NCBI RefSeq assembly: GCF_009834535.1
Contig: NC_045696.1
Span: forward strand, 71,736,001 to 71,800,000
Reading direction: 5' to 3'
From: Camelus ferus
Taxonomy: Eukaryota
DNA: 64,000 nucleotides
In this document: piece by piece, positions 1 to 13,795 of the stretch
Layout: each line of letters starts with the position of its first letter
Position numbering within the stretch: position 1 is the first letter of the stretch
Translations under genes and position numbers: made by a program
The notes under the pieces: model-generated
What the model was told of the DNA's origin: nothing
The model's database searches: none
Seen by the model: only the letters and a program-made list of their open reading frames with translations

Positions 1-97
1 TATTTTTATGTTTTCCTTAATGGAGGTACTGGGGATTGAACCCAGGACCTCATGCACACCAACCACGTGCTCTACCACTGAGCTATACCCCCCACCC
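1..97 (-). mobile_element. tRNA-derived SINE, camelid Vic-1-like, cut by the window edge
   Basis: Reverse complement reads GGGTATAGCTCAGTGGTAGAG (A box) ... GGTTCAATCCCCAGTACCTCC (B box) followed by an A-rich tail. Confidence 0.85.
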
Positions 98-559
98 CTG
101 CCTCCACATGTATGTAATTAGAGGTGGCAAGCCCCTCCTCCTTGACCTATGGGGAATGAGGTGTCACTGCTCCCCTGTGAGAGGGGAAGCTCAGGGAGAT
201 GAGTGGGTCTGTAGACATTGTGGCCCCGTGGATAACTGCTAGGAGTGTAGTGGCAACACCACAAAGTCCTGTTACTCCCTTTACCCCCAGGCCAACTCTG
301 GGGGAAAATCAGTTTAGTGTTCTCAGTAAATACACCTGGCCATTTGAGTGTTGACTTTTTTTTCAAAAGAAAACAAAGTCTAGTGTATACAAGGAAAAAA
401 TATCTCTTCCTTTAATATGACTTTGATGTTACTTCTGGTAAAATAATAATCCTGGTGATCTTCTGCTATGGATAATGCAAATCCTTCTTGAGCTTGTAGA
501 TTCTCTCTCATTTTGCCCTGATAGGTAGGGACAGGTGGATGGCTTCAGTTCATTCTGCA

Positions 560-1770
560 GGGTGATTATGGCCTTGTAGAATGAATATGGAAGTGTTCCT
601 TCCTCTTCAACTTTTTGGAATAGATCAAGAAGGATAGGTGTTAGCTCTTCTTTATATGCTTGGTAGAGTTCCCCTGTGAAGCTGTCCAGTCCTGGGCTTT
701 TGTTTGATGAGAGCTTTTTTGATTACTAATTCAGTTTCACTACTAGTGATTGGTCTGCTCAGATTATGTTTCTTCCTGATTCAGTATTGGAAGGTTGTAT
801 TTTTCTATAAATTTGTCTGTTTCTTTTAAGTTGTGTTGTCCAGTTTGTTGGCATATACTTGTTTATAGTATTACCTTATTTTTTGATCTGTGATATCAAT
901 TATTATTTCTCCTCTTGCATTTCTTATTTTGTTTACTTGGGTCCTCTGTCTTGTCTTCTTCGTGTGCCTGGCTAAAAGTTAATCAATTTCGTTTATCTTT
1001 TCAAAAACCCAGCTCTTGGTCTCATTGATCTTTTTCTCCTTCTTTTCCTTCTCCTTTTCCTTCTCCTCCTTCTTCTTCATCTCTGTTTTCTCTCTGATCT
1101 TTTTATTTCCTTCCTTCTGCTGATTTAGCGCTTTATTCTTCTTTTTCGAATTCCTTTTTGAGGTAGACCTGTCTGCTGTAAACTTCCCTCATAGAACTGC
1201 TTTTGCTGTGTCCCATAGATTTTGGAAAGTTATGTTTTTATTTTCACTTGTCTCAAGATATTTTCTGATTTCCTCTTTGATTTCTTCATTGACTCATTGG
1301 TTTTCTAGTAGCACATTTTTTAGTCTCCATGTGTTTGTGTTTTTCCCATTTTTCTTCCTGTAATTTATTTCTAGTTTCATACTATTGTGGCTGGAAAAAA
1401 TGCTTGATATAATTTCTATTCTCTTAAATTTGTTGAGACCTATCCTGTTTTGTAGCCTAGTATGTGATCTATGCTGAAAAAATGTTCCATGTGCACTTGA
1501 AAAGAATGTGTATTCTACTGTTTTGGGTGAAATATTCTGTAGATACCTATTAAGTCCAACTGCTGTAATGTGCTATTTAAGAGTACTGTTTCCTTATTGA
1601 TTTACTGTCTGGATGATCTGTCCACTGATGTGAGTGGAGTATTAAAGCTGTCTACTATTATTGTATTATTGTTAATTTCTCCCTTTATGTCTGTTGGTAC
1701 TTTATATATTTAGGTGCTCCTATATTAGGTACATATATGTTAATGAGTGTGATATCCTCTTCTTGTATTG
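560..1770 (-). mobile_element. LINE-1 ORF2-region fragment, degenerate, with a CT-rich simple repeat at about 1031-1080
   Basis: Typical antisense L1 text, e.g. cctgtgaagctgtcc...gggcttttgtttg and gttccatgtgcacttgaaaagaatgtgtattct. Homologous to 28390-28815 in this window. Confidence 0.88.
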
Positions 1771-1847
1771 AACACGCTTTTCCCTATTTAGAATCACAAT
1801 ATTGTACTTGCACCTGATCTTTGGAAGTTCATGAGATATGGGTGTGT

Positions 1848-1920
1848 GGGGTGGGTATAGCTCAGTAGTAGTGTGCATGCTTAGCATGCATGAGGTTCTG
1901 GGTTCAATCAATCAATAAAT
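1848..1920 (+). mobile_element. Vic-1-like SINE, 3'-shortened copy
   Basis: gggtatagctcagtagtagtgtgcatgcttagcatgcatgaggttctgggttcaatc followed directly by aatcaataaat. Confidence 0.82.
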
Positions 1921-4729
1921 ATTTCAAGGTCTGTAACCTTACCATTTGCTCTGCCAACGTATGTTGCCTGCCTAGGTAGTGACTTCTAGTTGTGGCAGTG
2001 TAGATTTTATTCTTGGCAGCCTGGAGAGATTGGAAAAGAGAGAGAGGTGAGAAGTCCCCTGGAATGAGAACTGTGACCTGGATTGAATGTTCTTAAGAGC
2101 CTCCTTTAAAAAATATATCCCTGTCTATTATTTTATTTTAAATATCTAGTGGCCTGATGTATGTCTCATGATGTAATTTCTCTAAAAAAGAAAAAGCATT
2201 CTGATTCTCATCAACTTTAGGATTTTCCTCTCTACCTGACATCCTCATCCCCCAGTTTCCCGAGAAGGAGATCTCATAATCTGTTGGGCCTGTAATCCTG
2301 TGAACACTAGCCAATCCAAAGGATAAACTCTCAGCAATAACATGTCCTTGAGTGAACTTCAGAGAGATAAGCCAGGAGAAAGGATTAAACACATTTATGT
2401 AAGTGCAGTGCTGAGAGAGGAAGGGGGAGAGAGCAAAGGGGTACCGTTCCTGGAATCCAATGGCCTCCTGGTGTACAAGGTGTGGGCAGCAAGACCCTAG
2501 ATACTTACCTTACACCTCCGTGCGGATCACAGAGGCAGAGATGAGGGCTTACCACCGTTTCCTAGGAAGTTGCATCAGGCTAGAATATATGGCAGAAAAA
2601 GGTACTGTGAGAGCAATGATGCGTTTCCCTTATGTATGGTTTGTTATTCATTCTCAGCAGAATAATAGTTTAACTAACCAATTTTTCCCACATTTAAAAA
2701 GTTACTTTACAATACTGTCTAAAGTTTGCTAAGGAGTTTAAAAAGGGCTTTTTAAATTTAAAGCATTAATTAGGTATTAACAATATTGTAGGTGATTTAT
2801 TGAAAAATTCATATTAAAGAGATGACCAAATATTATGAAAAAATCAGTCTGTAAGATGAATTATGTAAGTATGAACCCATTTTAAAAGCATATATGTCTA
2901 TACATACATATGTATGTACTGACTACCATACACCAATAAGATAACTGTTTAATTTGGGGTGAAGGAATGGTGAGGAGTTTTACTTTTTGTATTGTTATTG
3001 TATTTTTTATTTTAAAAAAGACAACCAATGTACATTGCTTTTGTAAAATGAAAATGACAAGATTATGAGATTCATGTTCCTAAAGAGAAGTGTTAAATCT
3101 GAAATGCTAAGACTTCATGTTAGACACATGAGCTGATAACAGACTGATCATTTAAGAGTAGAAAAAAGAAAACCACTTCCCTTCAGTGGGCTGGGTGACA
3201 GGGAACAGCATTTCCAAGTATGCTTTACATGTACTTGGGAGCCAGTAAGACAGATGCTGTAAGAGCTGAAACAACTACCTGTTTTTAAGACTGCTTCTTT
3301 CATGGATGGACTTACTGATGCACTCCCATCTGTTCCCCCATTGTTTTCTTTTTTTTTTTTGCCTTACAAATGTTTATAATATATTTATTCCCCCTTGGAT
3401 CACAGGCTAGGAAAGGTGATTAAAGCTAATGTGTTTGTCTCTTTCATTACTCTTTATCTATACTTGGAACCTGTTTCTTCAGGGGAGGGGAATTACTGGA
3501 TAGAGAGGTTTGCTTTTAAAATAAATTCATCATTGTTGCAGTATACTTTCTGGTTGAGATATGATTCATGTTTATACTATATTCTACCACATATACTTGT
3601 ATAGTATATAATAAAAATACTATATTATCAAAGACAAGGACTACTATGTATTTGCTTCCTTAAGAAAGACCAGCTTGTTAATCAGGTTTAGCTTTTCATT
3701 CATTCTTAAAACACACAGATGCTCACCTGTGTGTGCACACAGATCCTTACAGGGCTTGAATTCAGGTGTAAATTATGGCCCTAATTTTACTCAAGTTAAA
3801 TCATAAGAGCTTTACAGTTTTGTTAATAGTGAGGCAAGAAGGTAATTTGAAAGATAAATATGAAAAATTCCTGACTCCTAAACTTACAGCATTACGTATT
3901 TGTTGCTTTTCATTTTCCCCCCACTATTAAAGGGTTATCAAATGTTTGCCTAATGCTTTGGCTGTTGGTCATTTTATTCTGTGATTCAAGACAACAACAA
4001 AAGTTTGAGTATCTTAATGCAAGTTTTATGAGTGTCTAAATGGCCTTTCTGACATTACTGCAATCTTACATTCATGGGACGCTATCGGTCGTCTTCTTGG
4101 TATAATACTGATTTCTTGAAGTTAAGGGAATGAAACTCAAGAGATGACACACTGATTAAAATATATGCTAATCAAGACCCGTATTTTATTTATTGGTTGG
4201 GGGTCAGGGAGACCAGCAGTTGGTTTGCTTTTTCACTATCTCCCTCCTTTTTAAAAAAAGAATTAAATGTACTTAAAATATTAAAATGAATACATGCCTT
4301 AGATTCAGGTAACACTGACTGCTGTAACAACTCCTGAATTTCATTAGATTAATACACTTCAATACAATGTCTTTGGTCAGAGTGTTTGAGGGACCCTGCC
4401 TACTTCTGTCTTGTGGGTCTGCCATCCCCTAGTCTCAGAGTTGTCACCTTGCAGCCTGCAAGTGAAATAGTGGTAAAGACTAGCCTATTTCTGAAATACT
4501 CCAGCTCATCATTTTTGCTCTTTTCCAATTGGCATTCACTAGTCACATGGCCATAGCTGGAGGTTAGGGGGTTGAGTGGGAGATGGAGTTTCCAGCCAGG
4601 CAGCTGCCTTCCGATGGTAATGCTACTGTTTAGAAGAGGAACTGTGAATTTTGGGTGGGCAGCTAGCCATCTCTGCCTCAACTGCTCATTGCAAAAAACA
4701 TTCAAATATGTAAGTCCCTCTATACACAC

Positions 4730-6070
4730 ATACATGTAAACATAACATAAATGATAACATTCTGTTCTGTATCTTGATTTGTTTATTTTTTAAAAACTTA
4801 ATATATTTTGAACATTTTTATGGTCAGTGCATATAGATCTATCTAATTATATTTAGTGACTCCCTGGAATTCTATTGTATGGCTGTATCATCCTTTATTT
4901 AACCAATCCCTTATTAATGGACCTTTGCATTAGAAGAACAATAGTATAATAAACATCTTAGTACTCACTTATCTTGCATTTGTGTTACTATTTCCTTAGG
5001 TTAAATACCTAGATATAGGATTTCTTGGTCAGAAGACTGTCCAAGAAATGTCTGATATTTAACATTTGACAGATATTTCCAAATGGATCAACATTTTTAA
5101 AAAAGTACCTATTTATCCTTTTACCTATAGAAAATCTGCCTACACTCTTACCAACTCTATATGTTATTTGCCTTTAAAATAATTGCCAACCCATCAGCAG
5201 AAAAAAATCTCATTCTGTTTTAATTTATATTTATTTATTAATGAGGTTAAACATTTTATGTATATTCATTGGCTGCATTTCTTCTGTGAATTGTCTGTTC
5301 TCAGTCTATGCCTGACATACTAGTTTCCTGTAGCTGCTGTAACAAATCACCACAAACTTGATGGTTTAAAACAAGAGCAATTTATTTTCTCATAGTTCTG
5401 GAGGCCAGAAGTCCAAAATCAAGGTGTTGCCTCTAGAGGCTCTAGGAGAAATTCAGTTTCTGCTCTCTTCCAGCCTCTAATGGCTTCAGTCATTTCTCCA
5501 GTCATTTCAGGTTTGTGGCTGCTTCATTCCAGTCTCTGCCTCTGTCTTCACATGGTCTTCTCTGTTTTTCTCTCATATGTGATTGCATTCAGGGCCCACA
5601 GGGATAATTCAGAATAGGCTTTTCCTCTCAAGAGCCTTAATCACATCTGCAAAGACCCTTTTTCCAAATAAGATAATATTCACAGGTATTAGGGATTAAA
5701 ATATGGCCATATTTTTTTTAAGGGGAGGAGTGTAATGTCCAGCCCACTATACCTATTTCTTATTAATTTTATTAATTTGTAAGAGCTCTCTTTATTCTAG
5801 GGAGATAAGCCTTTTATCAGCCACAGGTGCTGTAAAATTTCCAGTTTGTTACATGTCTTTGGAGTTTGTTAAAGGTATGTTTTCCCTGCCAAAGTAGTTT
5901 TAAACTTGTTAACTCTATCAGTCTTTTCTTCCTGGGATTCCTTTGAAAAGGCTGTTCCAATTCCAAGATTATAAAAATGCTCTCCCATATTTTAGTATTT
6001 TTTTCATTTCATTATTTAATGTGACTCATGTTTATTTTGATGCAAGAAGTGAAGTTTGGATACAACTTAA
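4730..6070 (-). mobile_element. Ancient L1 (L1ME-like) 3' region, interrupted by an MLT1 LTR
   Basis: Degenerate antisense L1 motifs (tttatttaaccaatccc, tatttccttagg..aaatacctag, ttctgtgaattgtctgttc) on both sides of the LTR. Confidence 0.6.
5318..5752. mobile_element. MaLR solo LTR (MLT1B/C-like)
   Basis: tagtttcctgtagctgctgtaacaaatcaccacaaactt...ttctggaggccagaagtccaaaatcaaggtgt...atcacatctgcaaagaccctttttccaaataag. Confidence 0.85.
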
Positions 6071-6084
6071 AGTTTTTGACAATA

Positions 6085-6345
6085 ATAAAATACCTTTACA
6101 TAGCACCTACCACATACAGAGAATTTTTCTTAAGTTGTTTTCCAGCTGCATTAACTCAGTTCTTACAACAACTATACCAAGTGGATGTATTGTAATTTCC
6201 CTCATTTTCAGATCAGGAAATTAAGGCATGGGGAAGTTAATCGACTTGTTTGAGATTATTCTGCTGTAAGTGGCGGAGCCAGGATTTGAACTCAGGCATT
6301 ATGGCACCAGAGGTCATGTTCTTAATTACCACACTTGTCCTATTA
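6085..6345 (-). mobile_element. MIR SINE
   Basis: Core motifs cattttcagatcaggaaattaaggc and gccaggatttgaactcagg. Confidence 0.75.
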
Positions 6346-6381
6346 TGGCCAGCTCTGTTACCCAAAACTATTTGTTGAGTA

Positions 6382-6575
6382 CAGGTATCCCCTGCCTTTT
6401 GAAAGTTCGCTTTGGCCATTTTGTTTTTATGAAAGATCTACATTAGTACTTGTTTTCACTAACCAAAAGAAATCCAAAGAGGAGTTTTGTTTTTAGGAAA
6501 AAAAGGCAGAGAGTGAAAATAGTGTCCAGCATTTGTTTTGTAGTGAGCCTTTGTAGAGGCAGTGCACACATGTGC
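6382..6575. mobile_element. TcMar-Tigger-like DNA transposon end fragment
   Basis: Begins TA|CAGGTATCCCCTGCCTTTTGAAAGTTCGC, a TA target plus Tigger-type terminus. Family assignment from memory. Confidence 0.55.
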
Positions 6576-7454
6576 CCAGTAGGTAGTAAGTGTTCAATAA
6601 ATGGTAGTATTAATCCTCACAACATCCCTCTAAGAGGAGGTATTATTCATTATTATCCATTTCCATTTTCCAGAGGGAGAACCTGAAGATGGAGGGGCTG
6701 GTTTGTGGCAGAGCTGGGGTGCAAGTCTAGTTCTTTTCATTCTGCTTCTGCAGTACTTCAATGAATGAATAAATCGAGAGGAACGAAGGAATGTTTAGCC
6801 AGCGCATCTATGGCTTTTTCTTAAACAAAAATAAAATCTTTTATCCATCATATTGCTAAAATGTCTAAAATCCTACCATTTTGATTCCTTTGTATTAAGA
6901 TATTTTTCCTTCTAAGAGCTTTACGAAGAAATGAAAGTGTAGAAACATTTGGAAGAATGCCATGTTAAATGATTAGTCACATCAAGTCTCTCATCTCATC
7001 ATAATGTACCATATGATGTTATTTTGCCCAAGACGTTACTTCCAGCTGATAGACTTGACTGAACCCCTGGCTGGGAGTAATCTGAGTGAGGAGGGAATAG
7101 GCCTTAAGGGCCCACACTGAGCAGTGAGATAGGGCTTGGGGGTGCTGGAAGGAGAGGCAAACAGGTGCTGAAAGCAGGGCTGGCTTGTTTCCCAGGATGC
7201 TGATCCTAAAACAGCACAGAAGGAAATGCTGGGCCAAAAGTTTATACCATCTAGGCTTCAGTTTCAGAAATGCTTTGCACACATGTAGATGATTATTTTT
7301 ATTTAATGATAAGAGAAGCTCTAGTGGACAACCCAAATAAAAACTTTTTTTGTTAACTGAGCTGCATTTTTGTAAGCAACAGGAAAGGAACAAGAATAGT
7401 CTAAATAACCTTGGACTTCCACATGTGCTTGCTTCTCTGTGGAATTAACCGCAT

Positions 7455-7570
7455 CAGACGAGTTGGTTAGAAATGCAGTCTCTGGCCCCACCCCAGGGCT
7501 ACTAAATCAGAATCTGCATTTTAAAGCACAGGTGATTGATATGTCATTATAATTTGAGAAGCACTGCTGT
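7455..7570. mobile_element. MER5-type hAT-Charlie element fragment
   Basis: ttagaaatgcag..ggccccacccc..ctactaaatcagaatctgcatttt..tttgagaagcactg. Confidence 0.7.
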
Positions 7571-10407
7571 AGGGCAGTATTTATTAAAATGCAAGTCGGG
7601 GCACTTTGAAATCTAGTGCTAAAACTTGAGAGCCTTAGCGGAGGAAGGGAGTCTGTATTTTCACAGATTTTCTTAATTTCCTCTAGGGCTTTGCTTTTTA
7701 TTCAGTATACCCCAAGTAGCAGAGCTGGTTTCATCTTTCCTGGAGTTATGAAGGGCTACAGGAGAATGTCATCTCCAGCTATTGTTACTAAGGAAACTGT
7801 AGAAACTTCCACCTCGGTGCAGTGCTTGTCTTGTACAATGTGATACGTCAGCAGGAGTGAAGAAGCTTAAACAGTTTTTTGTTTTTTGTTTTTTTGTAAT
7901 GGAAAAAAAAAAGAAGAAAAGGGATTTGGATAAGTATTCAGAAACAGAAATCCTTATGCCTAGTAATATCTCATCACTTCTCAAAGCAATTTTAAATAGG
8001 CATTTGCAGAGCCTGGGGCAAGAGTACACGTGGAGGTCCACACGCCTCCATTTGTGCTGTTTGTCCATTTGTACTGTTCTGTCTTTCTATTTGACAAACA
8101 TACCCCCATTAGAACAAGATTTAAAATACATATAAAAGTGTGGTTTTTTATATGACTAAAAATCAGAAAATAGCAGATGACTAAGTTGAGTTATTGCCTG
8201 TGCCTGAGTGTTGTGTTGATGGGCCAGTGAAATTGGATGAATAATAAAGATATCCATAATCCATAAGTCGTAAATTAATCCACAAAATTTTTTTCTCATC
8301 TTCATATCAGCAAAAGCACTATGTTGTTATAACTGAGATGTTCACATAATTTGAGCTCTCCTGAGAACAGTGATTTAAAGGAAATGTGGTCTAAGTAAAA
8401 TGTAATAGTGTATAGGGAGTTTAAATTTTGAATATATTTGCATCATGAATTGGAAGGAAAAAAAGTTAGAATGTTGATGCTTGGTAGTCCTGGGCATATT
8501 TCATTATATAAGAATCTACAGCACTCATGCCTTGTGAGAGGAAGGATTTGATAAGATAATTAATTTGTCTTTTCTCTTACCTAAGCACTTCCTCTGCTCC
8601 AATCCTCACCGCTCAAATCCTCCCAGCACTCTGAAGCAGTGTCTGTCCCTGATATCAGCATTGGCACAGCCCACAAGCCGTCGTAGCATTTGGATGCAGC
8701 TCATCTTTTCTTTTGAGGATGTAGACCAAGGGATGTGGAGAAGTGTTTCCTTGGGGCCCCAATGGTGTTGAGAGTCACTGTTAATGCTGCGGTGTGTTTT
8801 GCTGGTGCTGAGCTGTGGGTCATGGGGACAGAGGCACCCAAGTGATCTTTTAACACATACGTTTATAGGAGGGAGGGAAGTACAGGGCCTGGGGCAGGGG
8901 TCACAAAGAAACTTCTGGAGTGATGGAAATGTTCCATATCTTGATCTGTTTAATGATCACAGTAGTGTATGTGGTTGTCAAAATTCATGAAACTGTACAC
9001 TTAATATTAGTGCATTGTACTTCTTGTAAATTATACTTCAATAAAGTCCTGTTAGCATAAAAAATAAAGGCTACCAGAACATACTATTCCTTTCTTATGC
9101 CCGCACCCATGTGCACAAACATACCACAGGCTTTCTTCTTTCTGTTTTGAACCTGGCTGCAATCTCACCATGTGTATGGTTTTTATGTTTATTTTATTTT
9201 ATCTTAAATATTTTTCTATGGACATCATATTCATAATTATATAATGATTGCTTTCATTTTTTTCACCTTTATAATTAATGTTCCAACATACATTTTTATG
9301 TATAAAGTTTTTATTTTATTATTTTCTCAGGATACATTTCCAAATACAGGAAAAATTAGTAAAAGATATGAAGATTTTGATGAAACTGTGTCTTGATACT
9401 CTGTATCATAATGGTTAAGACACTGGGTGTTTAGAGTAAGCTGGGTTCAAATTCTAGCTCTGCCTGACCTTGGACCAGCTATTGTGAATCTAGTTTCATA
9501 TTGCTCTTAGAGTTATTTTGAGTATTAAATAAGATGATGTACACAAAAGATTTGTTATGAAATCTACACAATATTTGGTAAAATATTGTGAAGCTTCTTT
9601 CTAAAATGACACTACCAGGTTCACTCCCCAGGGTTGTGCAGAAGTACTAGTTTTGAACATAACCCCAGCTCTATGTGTTAATTTATGGATGAAATGAGAA
9701 ATTCTGTTGCTGTTTTGACTACATGATTTAACTACTAGGAAGGTGAACATTTTTTAGTGTTCTTGATTTTTAAAATCTTCTAAATTTCTCCTTAAAAAAT
9801 TCTTCCATCTGCTTTTCAGATGCCTCTTATTCATTGTTAATTTATGAACAAGTCTTCAAGACTAACTCTTATGTTGAGGTTAAGCATCGCAATAGCACAG
9901 GACCCAGAAAAAGAAGGAAAATGGGTTTGCGTTCTTTCTGACTTGGCCAATAAGAAAAAGAAGTTATACACAGGGTGACCCCATGGGGTAGCTTTTCGTA
10001 CCAGCCTAGCAACTGATTTCTCAGAGCCTCTGGTCCACAGATGTTTTCTCAGCAGTCAAGTCTGGTCTAGTTGTGGGGGTGAAAGGGCTGGAGGGGCTGA
10101 AGGAAGTTCCTTTTAGTGCTAAGATGCGTTCCTTCACTGTCATTATCTAACTAATTAAACTAGTTAGTCAGCAAGGTACCTTATTAGGGCTGGCTTGCAG
10201 CGGGTGCTCTCATTAGTGTCATGAGCAGAGATGTGCGCCACAGTGGCTAAGAGTGGAGATCCTGGTCCTGTTCCTAGTTCAGCTAACGGTCAACCCTTCC
10301 ATCCTTTCTACCCACCCAATTCTCTGGGCAAAGTAGTAATGTAGCAGTGGCTGTCAAACTCAGGTCTGCCTTCCCTCTTGGGCCAGACCATACTTTTCCC
10401 CTTCATA

Positions 10408-10472
10408 TTAATTAATTAATTAATTAATTAATTAATTAATTAATTTACTTACTTACTTACTTACTTATTTAT
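10408..10472. repeat. Compound microsatellite (TTAA)9 T (TTAC)5 (TTAT)2
   Basis: Read directly from the sequence. Confidence 0.95.
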
Positions 10473-13400
10473 TCGTGCTTCTTTTCTCAGACCACACTTG
10501 AGTCTTTTAAATCTCAATGTGACCAAAATTTCAGAACAGCAAGAGTGGAGGCTAGGACCAAAATTTCAGCCTGTTTCCCGCCCTCTGCCATGAGGAGGAG
10601 GATGCAATCAGTCGGAAGGGTCCTGACCCAGAGCCTGCTCTCAGATGGGGGAGTGGACGACACAGGGGTGTTGCTTGCTGTCCATGGCTGAATCCCTGTG
10701 GGACATGCTGGGCTGTTACTCCATCACCTAGGAGGACTTTGTGGCCTTTAATGCCTCCTGCATTTTGAACTGTGTGTCCAGGGTAAATATAATCACATAT
10801 TTGTACACTTATCAGGGATAGAAAAGGGACAAGTTTTTCCCAGATCTATTTGTAACTTTGGCCAGGATAGAATTGTGTTGAAATTCAGTTACCACTTCCC
10901 TTTGCCTTGTATGGGTTACAAAGAGACAAGTTTCTCCCTAATCTACACACATTAAAAATAGCAAGCAGGAAGCTTCCACACAGGACCCAGGGGCCCGCAG
11001 GGTGCAGCAGGTACCACCACCTCGGCAGGTTGTCACTGGCCATGCCCAACTGTTCCTGGAGAAGGAAAAGCCAGCTAGAAATTGACAGAAACAGCCCTTG
11101 GCATGCAGGACTGTGTGGGTCTGAGGCAGCTGCCTTCCCAGTGCACAGGGAGGTGTTCCTTTAGATGAAAGAGCTCCCACATTCTCTTCCTTACCCCATC
11201 TCTATGGAGTGGGTTGCAGGGCCTGCCAGCAGCAAGGGCTAGTCTTTGGGTCTTTTCCGGTATGGAACATGAATGGGGCTGAATTGAGCATGACCCCCTT
11301 CCAACAGGCCCACAGGTGTCAGGCATCGCTAAAAGCTGGGTGTGTGCAAGGTCATCTCCATGCACTGGGTCAGTGCAGCGTCCCAGAAACCCTCATGCTC
11401 TGTTGCAGCCAGCCAGTTGGGTCATTAGGCCCCTTGGCTGCGAAATCTTCAAGGATAACCATGTCACTCCCTTGCTGGGATACAGACTCTCTCAGCAAAA
11501 CCTGGGCCAAAGGCAAACCAGTTCATTTCTATTCTTGAAAAAGGCAAATCATCAATTTTAGTTCTGTTCCTTTGGTAACCACAGGAGGCAGGTGAGAATG
11601 TCTCTGTTGGAAGGCTGGGCATCCTCCCCAGATTCCCATGATGAGAGACACTAGTCAGCCTCTCAGGGGTTGGGGAAGCTAGTGCTCCCCAAGGGTCTGG
11701 GAATGCCATCATGTTTGTCTTCTTAAAGTCAAGTGACCCGGGCTCCACACTTAAAATTGTTGCGTGACTATAGCAAGGTCAGAATCTCTTCATTTCTTCA
11801 TTTAAAAAATGAGACCAGGTAAGGGGTATGGTTGCTTAATTCACTTCTGTTGTCCCTTTTAGATCTTACCTCTTTAATTTAACATGTTTACTTTTAAGCA
11901 CACCTCAAATATTGAGGTATAGTAACAGTAAATTGTATTTTAAAATCTTAATTCTTTTCTGGGGTCATTGTCTCTTAAATAGACTCCCTCAGGTATGGAA
12001 AAAGAATAATCCAGCTGTATTTTTGAGTATGCCTCTTTGTCAGACCACTGGCAGATTGTATTCTGAAAAACTGATTATATAACTCTTACTTCTGCTTAAA
12101 TTCTCTCTGTTGTTGCCCACTTGTAGTTAACATTTTGTTTTAGAAAATTTGAAACATATGCAAAAGAACTGTATCATGAACTCCCAAAGACCTGTCAACC
12201 AGTTTAACAATTATCCACATTTTGTCAATCTGGCTTCATTTCCCCCCTCTCCTTACATTTTTTGGAAGAGGGGAGTGCTGGGGTATTTTTAAGCAGATCT
12301 CAGACTTTATGTCACTTTAATGAGAAGGCCTTCCCTTTTTGTAAAATATAACTACAATGCCATTATTGCAGCCACCAAAATTAACAGTGATGCAGGGGTT
12401 CTTTGAATTTTTAGTGAATTCAGAGTAGAAAGGATATTGGGTTTATCTGCTTTCCTCCAAAAAAAGTGGTAGAATTCACTGATAAGGGTCTTGGTGTTTG
12501 AGCAGCACTTGGCCTACCCCTTAAAAGACTGTCAGAAAGCAAATATAGGAAAGGCCTTTCCAGAGTGATGGATATAACTAGCATTTACTAAGCACCTACT
12601 ATGTACATCCTCATATGCATCAGCTCCTTTAACCTTCACACCAAAGCTGAGAAGTGGAAACCAAGGCTCTCGGAGGAGCTTCCCAAATACAATCCTCTGA
12701 TTCCTCAAAATTAAGATATCATAACATTACCCTGACTGACTCCATGCCCAATCAATAGGAGATACCCATTTAGCATCAGCATACAAAGCTATTTGGTTTG
12801 TGCCTTAATCTACCCAGATGTTTAACTGCTGTAGAATCAATAGCCAGCTGATTCTTTTGAGATTCCCTGGGAAACAGTTAAATGAGGATAATAAAATTTT
12901 AAGCAGAGAGAGCAGGAAAATGCCTTCTTTTTTCCAGCCCAGGCTAAGGGCTACCACTCAGTTTTCTCCTCTCTCTAATATCCTTTCCCCAAATGGATAG
13001 GATACAAATCTTAGTGCTTATAAATCACTCTCTGGGGTTAGAGGACATTGTTGAAAGATTTGAATTTTTGCTTTGGAAACCTATAAACTTTTATGCAGTA
13101 AGAAGCATCTTTATTTAGCAAAATGGAGAAATGCCTCCTTAAACATGCTTGGTAGTGGGAAGAGGCTTCTTGAAATATTCTAGAAGGGGAAAAAGAAGGA
13201 ATGGAGGTGACTAAGGAGGGAGGCAAAAAGGAAGGAAATGAAGGACCTTTTCTTCAAAAATCAAAGAACCTTCATAAATCCCAAATTGATTTTGTGAACC
13301 AGTTTGAGATGAACTCTGGTAACTTAGGTTGTTTATGTTTAAAGTGTCCTTCTGCAGACCCAAAGGAGTGGGCAGACACCTAAGTACCTGCTTTGGTAAT

Positions 13401-13711
13401 GAAGCCATCCCAGCAGGTTTACTGTGAAGCTACTGAAGCTTAAACTTCAGGGCCCCTTCCTTGCCTTGATCCCTCCTAAAGCCTTGGGAGATGCTCTAGA
13501 AATGTGTTTCTGTGCTCATGTGTATCAGCGTCAAACCACACAAAACTCAGATCCATCCCTGCCTGTCAGAAATTGAGTCCTCAAGAGAATGTGTGCATAA
13601 CCATATCTTGATAAGTCCCAGATTTCCCTAGTAGTGGAGCTTCCCTTTCTTCCTTTAAATTCTCTTTATAATTTGAAAAGATTTAACCTAATTTTTATTT
13701 TATTTGTGCAG

Positions 13712-13795
13712 ATGAAATTATGCAGCAGGAAATCAGGCCTTTGTTGGCAGTGGATATAATTGAACAACTTCACAGGCAATTTGCCATTCTTTCAG
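13712..13795 (+). CDS. MCF2L2: MCF2L2 coding exon (probably exon 2), 84 nt, phase 1-1: (D)EIMQQEIRPLLAVDIIEQLHRQFAILS(G)
   Basis: T-rich tract ending tgtgcag at the acceptor; donor TCAG|gtaagg. Peptide closely matches the human MCF2L2 N-terminus as I recall it (DEIMQQEVRPLMAVEIIEQLHRQFAILSG). Frame continues into the next exon. Confidence 0.95.

Noticed and set aside
2501..2510. ATACTTACCT, identical to the U1 snRNA 5' end
   Set aside because: Downstream sequence does not continue as U1, so it is not a snRNA gene or pseudogene.
10521..10569. 14-bp direct repeat gaccaaaatttcag with a 21-nt spacer
   Set aside because: The spacer has no tail or element features. Most likely a small local duplication.
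1..13711. Search for MCF2L2 exon 1, a promoter, or a nested gene such as B3GNT5
   Set aside because: No CpG island, no matching N-terminal peptide and no long glycosyltransferase ORF in the window. These presumably lie outside it.
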